NCBI GenBank assembly: GCA_010909165.1
Contig: MU008199.1
Location: forward strand, 514,248-578,247
Source of the DNA: Anthoceros angustus
Lineage: Eukaryota; Plantae; Anthocerotophyta
Length of the DNA stretch: 64,000 nucleotides
Direction: 5' to 3'
Numbering within the stretch: the stretch's first letter is position 1; the number at the start of each line of letters is the position of its first letter. Shown piece after piece: positions 12,701 to 23,685 of this stretch. The translations under genes were made by a program, and so were the position numbers. Below the pieces are notes generated by a model that made no database searches, was not told the DNA's origin, and worked only from the letters and a program-made list of their open reading frames with translations.

Positions 12701-13480
12701 GAGCGTGGGCGAGGGACTGAGGGGGATGGATGGAGAGGAAGGCGTGAGGGCGCTGCGCAGAGGGGGCGGGCCAGGCCGTGTGCTTGACCGGGTGGGCGGG
12801 GCAAGTGAGGGCGGGGCTGGAGCGCCGGAGCGCGGTGGGAGGCAGGAAGTGAGGGGGGCGGAGGCGATGAGGGGATGGCAGGAGGGGCCGAGGGGTGTCA
12901 TGAGGGCGCGAGCGACAGGGGGTGGTCAAGTGAGGGGAGATGCGGCCGCAAGGGAGGGGGGGGAGGATGGGGGCCGAGGGGCGTGAGAGGACTCGAGGGG
13001 GATGGGAGACAAGGGAGGAAAGGGAGGCCTGAGGTGGAGACGATCCACAGCCCTCCGACATCAAACAGAGGCGCGGGGTGTGGAAGGAACGGCCGAGGGT
13101 GCCCTTTCAAGTGGGAGACTTTGAGGAACATCGCAGAGGGGCGGAGGAGGGCGGACGACATTGAAAGGGCTCGCAGCGAGCCGGGATGCACCGCGACGCT
13201 GAGGAGGTGGCACGGTGCCCGTGATGGAGAGGTCTACGCGGGTCCGTTGAGAACAATAGAAGACGCGCAACCTCATCCTACAAAATGTCTCCATCACGCG
13301 TGGTGTGAACCGGGAGTGAGGATTGTGCAGTAACACCGCGGGGCCACGGGTTGCGTGCTGAGGTGACGGCAAAGATTATGCCATGCACCGAGGCCATGGA
13401 ATGAGCACAAGCAAGATTCGCGGTGCAATACACAATGTAACACCGATGTACATGTGGCACATGGATCGTGAGTGTGCGGA
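9760..13480. repeat. Divergent tandem duplication, unit ~1.9 kb
   Basis: Shared anchors: 'caatgacatcgcaat' at ~9762 and ~11678; 'gggtgccctttca' at ~11252 and ~13098; 'catcctacaaaatgtctc' at ~11459 and ~13274; 'aataaaaagcctcatg' at ~10043 and ~12033. Confidence 0.8.
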
Positions 13481-16400
13481 ACTTGGAGCACATGGTGGTC
13501 GCCGAGTTCGATAGCCGCAAAGACAACGCATGTGAAGCTAACGGTGCGAGTGCAGTCAGCATTTACAAGATGTACATGTTCCACTTCGTGGTGCACGCGC
13601 CATAGATGGGGCCACGACTACATAACGTGGGCGGCCGAGGACAACAAGCGGGCAGAACAATCTACAAGGCGACACGGGAGGCGGAGGTTTGGGCACCCGC
13701 AGCGATTCGGTCCGACCGGAGCACAACCTAGTTGAGGAGGACTCAACGAGCCGCGAGAACGGTAGGAACTTCATTCGGGCCATCGGTGCACAATCGTAAG
13801 GTGGATAATCGGATGTCATGTGAAGGGATTTGCCGTGAATGGCCGAACGCGGCTGAACTTCGCCGGAGCGCTGCATGCATATAACGCGTGGTGGGTGTGG
13901 CATGTGGGTGTGAGGCAAGATCGAGCACTTCCGGAGGGCGTCAAGGAGAAGTGGGCTCGCATAAGAGGTACATGTTGGAGCCGCAGGATGCCCGTGATAC
14001 CACGAACCCTTGGCACATACATTCCTTGCACGCAAAGATTCATGCCCACCATGAGGACAGAGCCACTGCTCGGGTGTGGAACTTGCATGGTGAGAAAATG
14101 AGGTCGGGAGACGATGACATAGCCTGCCACGCCCTCGCTGGAGGCCTTCCAGAGGAGGAGCTACCGGGCGCCCGGTAGGGCCGCATGGGGGGTAGACGAG
14201 GAGGACAACAACGACTATGTCCCCGACCACGACGCCCGCACGTTGCACCGAGGTGCCACCGCTTCTCCGATTGCATTGCCGATAAGTGAACCACCAAGAC
14301 CGTAATGTGAACACCAACAGCTTGTTGATGACGATAAAGGTTTTGTGTAGGACATGCAAGTGGCGAGGGACATGGCGACGAGGCAGTGCTTGAAGTGTAC
14401 AAATTACCTCCCGGACATGTATCACTCAGATGAGCAAGTGCCTGTGCCTGCAGTGCGACGGGATCCCTCCGCAGAGATGGTGTGGAGTGTGAAGACCAAT
14501 GCACACGGGACATGGAGAGCCCTTAACCTCGTAACGCTTTTCATATGAGGTGCGGCTGGTGGCACCGGCAGACTAGGGCGGGCGTAGCAAGCGGGAGACA
14601 GTAGACATGGATAGGAAGGCGAGGGAGTGAGGGCATCACCGCCGGTATGAAATAGAACGTGAGGGCCGGAGGGGCCACCTGCGACACACATAGGGGGCTC
14701 ATGGAATAGCCTCCTTCATGGTGCCCGTCTCACATGCCACCGCAAGTTCCTCGCAAGTTCGGCCCGACCTTCCGAGAATGTTGAGGAAATTGTGGAGACG
14801 CTGCGTTGAATCACCTTGTGTGAACCGCATTCCCTTTGAAGTGGAGGCAAGTATCAAATCGACGAACCGTGGAAGAGCGAGTTCCACATGCCCAAATCAC
14901 ACCGAAAGAAGGCAACAGAGGGTTCACTAAAAGCTGACGACATGGAAAGTCAGGGCATGGAGGGGGTGACAAGGCCAAGGAGAATGGAAAAGCGGGCCAA
15001 AATGCACGGGAACACGCGCGCGGCAAGCAAGCATGAACCGAGGGCCAAGTTCAAAATGGGCATGATATCAAGGGTGGGCACCACGAGGGAAGCGCCAAAA
15101 TTTGGTGTCAAACTGGGGAAGTGGATCCAAGAAACCTACAAATCTAAACCGTAAAGGCCTCCTAAATCAAGTCCCAACAAAACCCCTCGGCCGGTTAAAG
15201 CACATGACCACAAGTCCTAACCCCATGATCACCGCTCGATGATGTAGAGGTCGCTCATCTCCTCCACAAGACATGGTGGCGGCCCAATTCAGAAGACGGA
15301 GAGAAATCCAGAGGGGGCGATAGGCCGAGGCCACCTGCACCGTGAGTCAAGCCGCCTTGAGTGAAACTTGGCCATCCATGAAGTCCTCCAAAGGACTCGG
15401 GTGCTTGGACCGCGAGGCCTCGCAGGATCAGGACCCAATGGCCACCCATCAAAATGAGTATGCATGAAATAGTGCGCCTTCCGGAAGGCACTCGCAGATG
15501 AAGTCCAGTCCACCAAATACCGACCACGCCCTCACCGAAAAGAACTTCAAAGTCCAAGGGTAGTTCTCTGATGAGGTCGTTGCTAGGTCCTCCTCATGTC
15601 GCAAAGCATCAAGCTCCTCGGACAAAGGATGCATTGGCTTCTTGGGGTCATAAGACCAGAAACAACTCACCCACATATTAGGATCTGAGCCGTGAGGAGA
15701 TCGTGGAACCCTCCTCCACTGCCCGCAAAGAGGTCAAGGATGCGGGCTCGCAGATGTGAGGAGGAGAGGGTGGCCAAGGCTCGCCATCCCGCCCACAACC
15801 ATAGTGCCCAAACTCGCATGGCAAAAGGTACCAGGGATGTCACCTATATGCAAAGGAGCATCAAACACCCGCATCACCATGGGCGTGCAAGGAAATGGGA
15901 CGAGGTTAGTAGGTGCCTTGGTGCAAGGATGGGGAGGATCATACTGCGGGTGCCTCCTGGCCACCTGCCTGGCTGCCCCCGCCTGGCCAAGGCCTCCGCA
16001 CAACCTGGCCGCCTGGCCGCTGGCGCCTGGCCCCGCCGCCTGCGCCTTGTTCTAACTCAAGCCTCCGCCCCGCCTCCCGCCGCCCGCCTCACGCCTCTGC
16101 GCCCGCCTCGGCCGCCTGTTCTCCGCCGCCTGGGCCGCCCGCGCCCGCCCGCCCGCCCGCCGATCTCGTGATCGACTCCCGCCCGTGGACGCCTCAATAC
16201 GCAGCCTGCAGTTGCCGAGCCGCTTTGCCCGCCGCCCGCCCTCGCCTCGCTTTCATCATAGTTCAAGCGGCCCGTGCCTTCGCCGCTCGACGCACTCCCC
16301 GCCGCTTCGCCACGATTCTGGCGGGCGCTACTGCGCTTCGGCGCATGGGCGCGGCAGGGCGCGTTGGGCGCTTGGCGCCGCTACAAGAAGCTACGGCCGA

Positions 16401-16622
16401 CAGTTGCAGAGCCGACGCGGCTGCCAGGCGGTGCGCTCCGCGGTAGCGCGGCCAGCTGCAGGGCGTGGCTGGCTGTGCCGGGCGTAAGGTCAGGATTGGC
16501 GGCGCGGCGGCGGCTGTAAATTGGGGTAGCGCCGGACGAGGACTCGAGTGAACAACGGACCCCGCACTATGGCAAGCTCCGACCACGGAGTAACGGATAA
16601 GTCCGAACCCACCTGTGTCAAA

Positions 16623-16623
16623 N
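16623..16623. other. Single N (probable contig/scaffold join or ambiguous base)
   Basis: The only N in the window; the sequence character changes on either side. Confidence 0.7.
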
Positions 16624-16693
16624 AAACGATTCCTGTATGCGGGTCCGCGAACGCGCGGCGGGATGTTCGATCAGCGAGCGTCGAGCGAGGAGA

Positions 16694-16819
16694 CTATTCC
16701 TCGTCGCTCTCGACGGTCTGCTTCTTGAGGATGTCGTCGACGAGCCCGTACTCGCGCCCTGAGCGCCCAGGTAGAAGTCGCGGTCGGTGTCCTTCGCGAT
16801 CTTCTCGATCGGCTTGCCC
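16694..16819 (-). pseudogene. clpP: 3' fragment of a bacterial-type ClpP protease gene
   Basis: Translates to GKPIEKIAKDTDRDFYLGAQ-(frameshift)-REYGLVDDILKKQTVESDEE*, matching the ClpP C-terminal DRDxxxxAxEAxEYGLVD motif. 38 of 40 readable codons end in G/C. Confidence 0.75.
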
Positions 16820-17926
16820 TATGTATTCCTTTACTCCCACTTGCTAGTAATGATCTAATGGGCTCTACATAAGCTGCCCGTGGACTAAAGGTTTGGTCTT
16901 AAGCTCTCAAACTCCATAGCCATCATCTGCGGTAATTGATTCCGTCCTCTCCCGCTCGCGTGCAGTGCTTTCTTGGTGTAGCAAGCGATGATGAGGTGCG
17001 CGTGCTATATAACCTTGGCACAATTCATTTGCCAGTTACTTCTCAGCTTGCTGGAGCGTAGGATTTCTCATCTTGAGCTTCTCTCAGCCATGGCCTCCTC
17101 GGATTCCGACTATGACTGCGGCTCCTAAGCGCATGACTTGACTCGAGACGCCCTTGGAAGATTTGCAGTGGCTAGGACAACTACCGGCAACGTGAAGACT
17201 GCTCCCAAGACATCTGAAGATACGAGTATCAAGAAAGGCGTCGGTAGGCCGAAGGGAACAACAAAGGAGTTTCTTGAGCTTCGCAAATCTGCTGCCCTCA
17301 AGTCTGAAATGGGTGGCCCTTCTGCTCCTCCTCAGCCAAGACCCAAGACTCTTGTAAACAATCACGACTCATTGCCTTCCGTGAGGCGAGACCACAGTCT
17401 GACCCACCTACAGATTATCAAAACTGTGACAGGCCGAGACTAGGAATCATGTGACGCATGAGTATCCGCTCACTGTTTGGTACAAAAGGTGGGTAGGTTG
17501 CAAGAGATAACCATGAAGCGTGTGAGCGTGCGCATCTACAACCCTTGCCACTGGTCATGTCGTGAGCATATCACAATTAAGCATCCACGAACCTTTCACA
17601 TTACGGTTCTTCCTTCTTTTTTTTGTTTGTGGTACTAAACTCTCTCTCCACTTCCTCCTTGCGAGGTCAAACTTGATTTGGAAGAGGCTAATCTTGAGCT
17701 GAAGGCGAATTTCTTCTGAAGAAACGTCGTCGTGCAATTCTCCAAGATCGGATGAGAGTTTTTCTTACATTCATAGTTTTGGCCATGACTCCTGAGGAGG
17801 GTCCAATCTCTTCGTTGCAGGAGTCTATTGACTTTGGTTACTCCTCGACCTACGGCTTTGACTCGGGTTTCTAGCCTTAGCATTACTTTGTTATTCTGCT
17901 TTGGATAAGAGGTGACTCTCCCATCC

Positions 17927-18590
17927 CTAAGCGTTGGACATGTTTCGATGAGCATCTCTCGGTGCCTTTGTGAGAATGTCTGCGGGTTGCTTTGTGTTGG
18001 TACATACTCGAGTGCTATGGTTCCAGCTCCCACGGTTCCACGATGTAGTGATACTCAACTTACATGTTTGCGTCAGAATGAAACAGGATTCTTGGCTAAA
18101 GCCATCGAGACGATTATCGGTGATAGTCGTGCATGTGCGATGGAATCCCAAGTTGAGAAAAAGTAATGCACCACAACTTCCTTAGCAGTTAACACCCTAT
18201 ATTACATACGTGGCAGGGAATTACCCATTCGGCTGTTTCTTGCTCGACCAACATATAGGTCCTCACCGCAAAACAAAGCACATAGCAGTGATTTCCTTGT
18301 GTCACATCTCGGCATAGTCAGTCGGTGTAAGCTTCTATAGAGGGTCTCAATCTGCATGCATGGAAATACCTAAAGTTGGTGTTCCTTCAAGTACCTAAGC
18401 CACGTTTCAAGCTAGCCGATGTTCGGACCCGGATTTTCTAAACTTGATAGGGCACTCGTTAGTATAGGCCACCTCCAGCCTCGTTGTGTTCGATGCATAT
18501 ATTAGCTTACCTACTCCCTGTCTGTAGGGGATCTTTGACATTTGATCCTTCTCTGCTTGTGTAGATGGAGACATACTCCGACTAAGCTTA
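17927..18590 (-). mobile_element. Ty1/copia RT-end/RNase H relic
   Basis: 'QMSKIPYRQGVGKLIYASNTTRLEVAY', 'GPICWSSKKQ' and 'TKQPADILTK' are Copia RT/RNase H motifs; many frameshifts. Confidence 0.75.
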
Positions 18591-18597
18591 TATTGCC

Positions 18598-19040
18598 AGT
18601 TGCTCACCCGCGTCTTTAAGCTCTTGGAAGATGGCTGCCCTAGATACAGTGTTGAATGCATTCTCAACGTCTTCAACCCGACGATTCACTGGGCAATCTC
18701 CTACAGCCTACAAACCATGGAACAACCTATCAGAAGGTGCAATCAGAGATTTTTGCTACTGCAAATTTCCTTTCACAATTCCGGAGAAATGAGCATGGTT
18801 TATCTCAGGAGATCTCACGAGCTACAAGGCAATATGTATATGCCCCTATATATGCTATTTACTCTTCAGATCTGCAGATTATAGGGGGTCCTACAACTGA
18901 AATTCAAAAGAGATCACTTGCAGATCCCAACAGACATTCTTCTACAAATCTCCAACAAGACTCCTCCCAATTCTGCTGCAATTGCTCTCCACATCATGCG
19001 CCCCTCATCGGCGACCAGATCCCAGCAAGCACAGTAGATC
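18598..19040 (-). mobile_element. Reverse transcriptase fragment of a CRE/RLE-type non-LTR retrotransposon
   Basis: In-frame 'DVENAFNTVSRAAIFQELKDAGEQL' at ~18600-18673 (DxxNAFNxVSR motif) and upstream 'VRAIA..GGVLWRFVEECL', resembling VRPIAVGE..R. Confidence 0.65.
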
Positions 19041-22000
19041 CAATCCAAGTTTCGACGCCAACGGTCCGGTAGTTTCTTCCAGCTTTTTAGGCCAATTGTC
19101 GCTTCTCTTGCACCGCTATATGATCTTTTGGGCAACAGCTGCCCTTCCTGGCGCCCTTATCCGCGTGATCGCAAATGGGAGGGCCCCGACCGCGGAGTTG
19201 CGTATCACGCGGCCGCGTGTTAACGCTGCCACAAGTGTTCCTCGGCGGCGCCCGCAAATCCGTCGCCGGGTGCCCTAAAATACTGCTTTACCGCCGAACG
19301 GTGCTGCCTAAAATAGAGGTTTTGGCACCCGTCAAGAAAGCTGCTGTCGTTTAGCGAGCACCGCTTTCAACTTCGTTCGCCATTTAGCATAAGATTGGCC
19401 CTTGGGGCTTCTGGTGGGGCCCACTTGGCCACTTTTTCTGGATCCCCTGGTGTACATGTTCAGCCCTCGCCTGCAACTGTTTGGAGCTCCTCGCCTCCTT
19501 ATAAGCAACCTCTAGCGGTTGAGTTTTCAGCTATTCCAGCTTCAGCAATCAAACAAGAGCCCTTGTCGCCGCGCCTTCAATTTGACGACATTGCCACTCG
19601 GCCTTATTTTTATGAGTAAGCTGGTGCTACTACTCAAGAGCTATTCCAATTAGAGTGTCATCATCTTTGGGATCATCTTCATCACCTCGGAGTCAGACAA
19701 TCACCGCCTGCCAGTTCAACACTTCTCTTGTCTATGCTCCTAGTGATCGTGGCATCGGTTCAACGCTTGATTTCCCCACCAACACCGCTCTATTGAGCAC
19801 TTTATTAGTATAACATTTGATTTGCTCATATTCAAGCATTGATATATTTGAAGGCTTCTTGGCTTCTTGTCATACCTTGGAGTCGATAGTTTTTCTATAT
19901 TTATCTCTACTTCTATCTAACAACTATTGCTTGATCCTATCACAATGGCTTCCTCACCAAATGTGCCACCCATACCAATCATCAATTATATGAATGTGAC
20001 GTCTCATTTTAAGGAGAAGGACCGTTTCAACAGTACTAAGCTCGAGATCTGGTCCAAACGTATGCGTTCTGTCTTGAATACAAGAGATCTCCTTGGCATA
20101 GTTGATGGATCTGTCCTCAAGCCCAATGGGCCCTTGCCTGCCCTCGACTCTTGGTTGAAACAAGACAAGCTTGCTATGCATATCCTTATCTCGGACCTCG
20201 ATGAAGTCACTCTTTATCATATTAATGAGGCTACTACTGCTGCTGAGGCGGCGACTAGTAGATATTTTCAATCTACCAATGTTATGACATTAGTAACGGC
20301 GTAATAATTTTATTCCTTCATGCATAATAATGAGCATTGGTACTTATGTTGGAAGTTTCGTTATTCGGCTTGCTTAGGCACTCCCTTATCGAATTTGAAG
20401 CTTGTGTCCAACTCCTCCCTTCCCGCCCTTTCAAGCATTTGTGTCCTCTCGAATGGCTGCTTGAGAGGCTCATCAGTGATGAAAGGCGCACCCAACATTT
20501 CCATCTCCGAAATTGCGGCTCTCCTTCAAGAGGCTTCCGATTCAACATCGGCACTTGAGCATGAAAGTTATAGATTCGGAGGCGCCACCGCGTCCGTCTC
20601 CACGACGGCGGTCCTCCTTCGATACCGGGTGCTTCTGGCTTCTCTGTGGTTAGTGCTTTATTCTGATACAATTGATTACTAAGTCCCCATGCATTGGGAA
20701 GCGAGCTGCCGAAAGTGAGCCTCGCGCCTCTTCAAGTCGCCAATAGCCTCGACCTCCAAGCGAGCAAGAGCCTCTGCTCACAGACTGCTTGGTAGCCTCG
20801 ACTTTTGGACTATATCTATGTTGCCATCACCATATGTTTTCGATTATCTCCCTAGAAGATCAACGTTTTGTTCTTCTCGGACTCGGACTTACTATTGCGG
20901 GCCTTGCTTGTTACTTTTACTCTTGAAGATGGTTCATCCTTCTTTTAAGTGATGTGCTTGTTCCATAAATGGCGAAGAATCTTATCTCCGTCACTTGGTG
21001 AAGGGCGGTACTTTCGAGCTAGAGTTGGCAGGATTGCCTCCTCACAAGATCCATTGCTCACAGTCGTGGTTGCTAGAGGTCGCGGCATGACCTCTATGTC
21101 TTCTCCGCCCGTGTGATCACCTTCGACCCGACTCCCATAGCCGGCGGTGGAGGAGTTCTCTAAAGGTGACTCCTATTATGGCATTCTCGGCTTGGACATA
21201 TTAATCATGATAAGCTTTTAGAGATGTCTAGGGATTTATTTAGGATAAGCTACCACACTTTTCAGACTCCTCGTTATGTGAACCTTGTATATATGCTAAA
21301 CAACGTAGCTTCCCTATCCTACTCTACACACGCCCTCTACTCGACTCTTAGTTGGTCCATGTTGATCTTTGTGGTCCACTCCCGGTCCCTTCACTTGGCG
21401 CCTTGCACTTTATGACTATTGTTGATGACTATAGTCGCTATACCTTTGCTATTCCGCTCAAGTTGAAGAGTGATTCCTTGACTCCTTTACTCCTTTTGTC
21501 ACTATGGTGTGCAAACCGGTTTGCAAGCTTGATTGCATTAGATCGACAATGCGGAGAATTAAATAAGCAATTTAAGGACTTACATCTTGAGAGGGATTAT
21601 CCGTGGGTTCACAGTTCCCTATACTTCTCGAGAATGGGGTTCTTGAAAAGGCCAGCGCTCTTCGCCATGGCCATGCTATGCTAGCCGCTCCCCAAACCCT
21701 TACGGGCGAAGCGGTTTTATCTTGCGGTATCTCACAGCAGGTTCTTTCAAGTCGGTTCACGGCGGATATTCCTCTCAACCGTGACAAGCTTTACGCCGTG
21801 CTCTCAAGCTAGTATTTATTGGCTATGGCGAGGACCGTAAGGCTTATAAACTGTTGACTTGGATACCCATGCTATTGTATATGCTCACTTTTGATGAGGC
21901 TCGGCTGTCTGCTAGTCCATAATCCATGGATTGGCTCCTTGACGGCTGCTTCTTCCAGGTGACCTTATGCACGAGTTTTGACTCGACCCTCTGTTTTCGG

Positions 22001-23463
22001 ACTCTGGTCACTTGCTCCATCCTGCCTCTTCACCTCAAGCGGCACCTATACCTATTGTTCACGCTCGAGAGGAGATGAAGAGCCATTGTTGATCCTTATG
22101 AAAGCAGAAGACTTTGGTGCTCTTAATTCACAAGACCGAGAGCTTCTGCTCCACCTTCTCCGTAACACTTGATCCGGCCCACAGCGAAGTATCCTTCACG
22201 TCAGCAGAGACACCTGGAATGAGATCCCCTTTGATTTAGAGTTCAATCAAGTGGCTACACCACCACTGCTGCGGTCACTTTCAAGCCTTGGTGTTGCCCT
22301 TGAGGAGATCCTCTCACTCTTCAAGAGGCATATTCTGATGCGAGTGGAAGTTGCTATTGATGATGAATATAATTCTCTTATCAAAAACAATACTTGGACT
22401 CTAGTAAACTTGCAAAAGGCGAACTCATCAAATGCAAGTGGGTTCTCAAAACTAAATTCCGGGAGGTTGAACCTCGTATTGCTATAAAGGCGAGACTAGT
22501 GGCTAAGGGTTATAGTCGAGAAAGAGGAGTGGACTATCGGGCGATAAGGTTTATTCACTGTAGTCAAATGCTTAGTGAGAATGCTCCACGGCTTTATGTG
22601 CCGAGCTTAATCTGAAATTTATCACTTGATGTTTGTCTTGCTTTCCTTTATGGTCATCTGCAGAAGAGATCTATATGGATCAACGAGGAAGACTATGAGG
22701 ATGAAGATACAAAAACAAGGTGTGTAAACTTATTCGTTCTATTTCTGGACTAAAGCAAAGCCCACGTTTATGGTATGAGAGAATGGACTCTTACCTCAAG
22801 AAGATAGGTTTATCCAAAGTGAAGCGGACACCAATATCTATGTACTCCGAGGACAGCTCCCTTGTCTTGGTTGCACTATATGTTGATGACTTAGTTATTC
22901 CAGCAACAATATTGAACTAGTTAACAAGATTAAAGTGACCTTAGTAAAGAATTCGAGATGAAGGATCTCGGCAAAGTTAAATATATTCTTGGTATGCATG
23001 TACATAGAGATACCAATTTGCTATCTCCATCAAGGAAGATATGTAGGGTATGTTAAAACGCTTCAATTTGGAGAATGCGTCACACACTGGCGTAGTAGGT
23101 GTTAAGCTTTCATCACTACATGTCCAATCGAGCAGGGAAAAGAAAGAGATGGAAAATATTCCTTATTCGTATGGGAGTTTACTCTCATGTTCTTGAGTAA
23201 TACCGGACGATATCTCAAATCATGCTATTGCTCGGTTCTCGAGAATCCGAGGAAAGGATCAACTGGGTTGCTCTCAAAGCGCATCATGCGGTACCTCAAG
23301 GGTACTCAAATTATGGCCTCTGCTTCAAGCCTAAGCGGAAAGAAGCATCACTCTTGCTTTATCGATGCGATTGGGCTTGAACGACGACACCCGAAAAGTA
23401 TCTCGGCATATTGCTTTCGGCTCCATTGTTGTTAATTGGTCTTGTAGAAAACAAACTGCAATA

Positions 23464-23672
23464 TGAGAACTTTCCTAAGGTACTCGGGAAGAGCCAAGCT
23501 AAGCCAGATTAGAAAAGTGTTGCAAAGTACATAGGTAGGGGTCCTTTGGGACCCTGAGGCACCCTTCTGTGAGGTGCCAATCGCTCGTCACTTAACTAGT
23601 TTCCGCGATAGAGCTAACTCAATCCCGGCCTAAATGCTAACTAGGGTTGTGTAGCTCTTACTAAACTTAACA
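23464..23672 (-). repeat. 3' LTR of nested Copia
   Basis: TGAGAACTTTCC...CTAAACTTAACA on the + strand; matches 29896-30091. Confidence 0.92.
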
Positions 23673-23685
23673 CTCCCTCTTAAGG
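23673..23685 (-). promoter_or_regulatory. Polypurine tract of nested Copia
   Basis: Minus strand reads CCTTAAGAGGGAG immediately before the 3' LTR start TGTTAAG. Confidence 0.75.

Noticed and set aside
10292-13372. Numerous overlapping Pro/Arg/Gly-rich ORFs as genes (similarly 15692-16586, 39007-39948, 44750-45757, 58794-60078)
   Set aside because: These are stop-poor GC-rich low-complexity tracts or antisense shadows of real coding regions, with no domain motifs.
13800-14550. Myb/trihelix- or KDZ-like coding remnant
   Set aside because: The 'VKEKWARI' resemblance is too short and no consistent motif series could be reconstructed.
15255-15676. Minus-strand coding-like fragment ('LDFICECLPEGALFHAY')
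   Set aside because: It looks protein-like but is broken by stops and could not be assigned to any family.
16694-16819. Last exon of a host nuclear ClpP gene
   Set aside because: No upstream exons or splice acceptor are evident, and the codon usage is far more GC3-biased than the host genes here.
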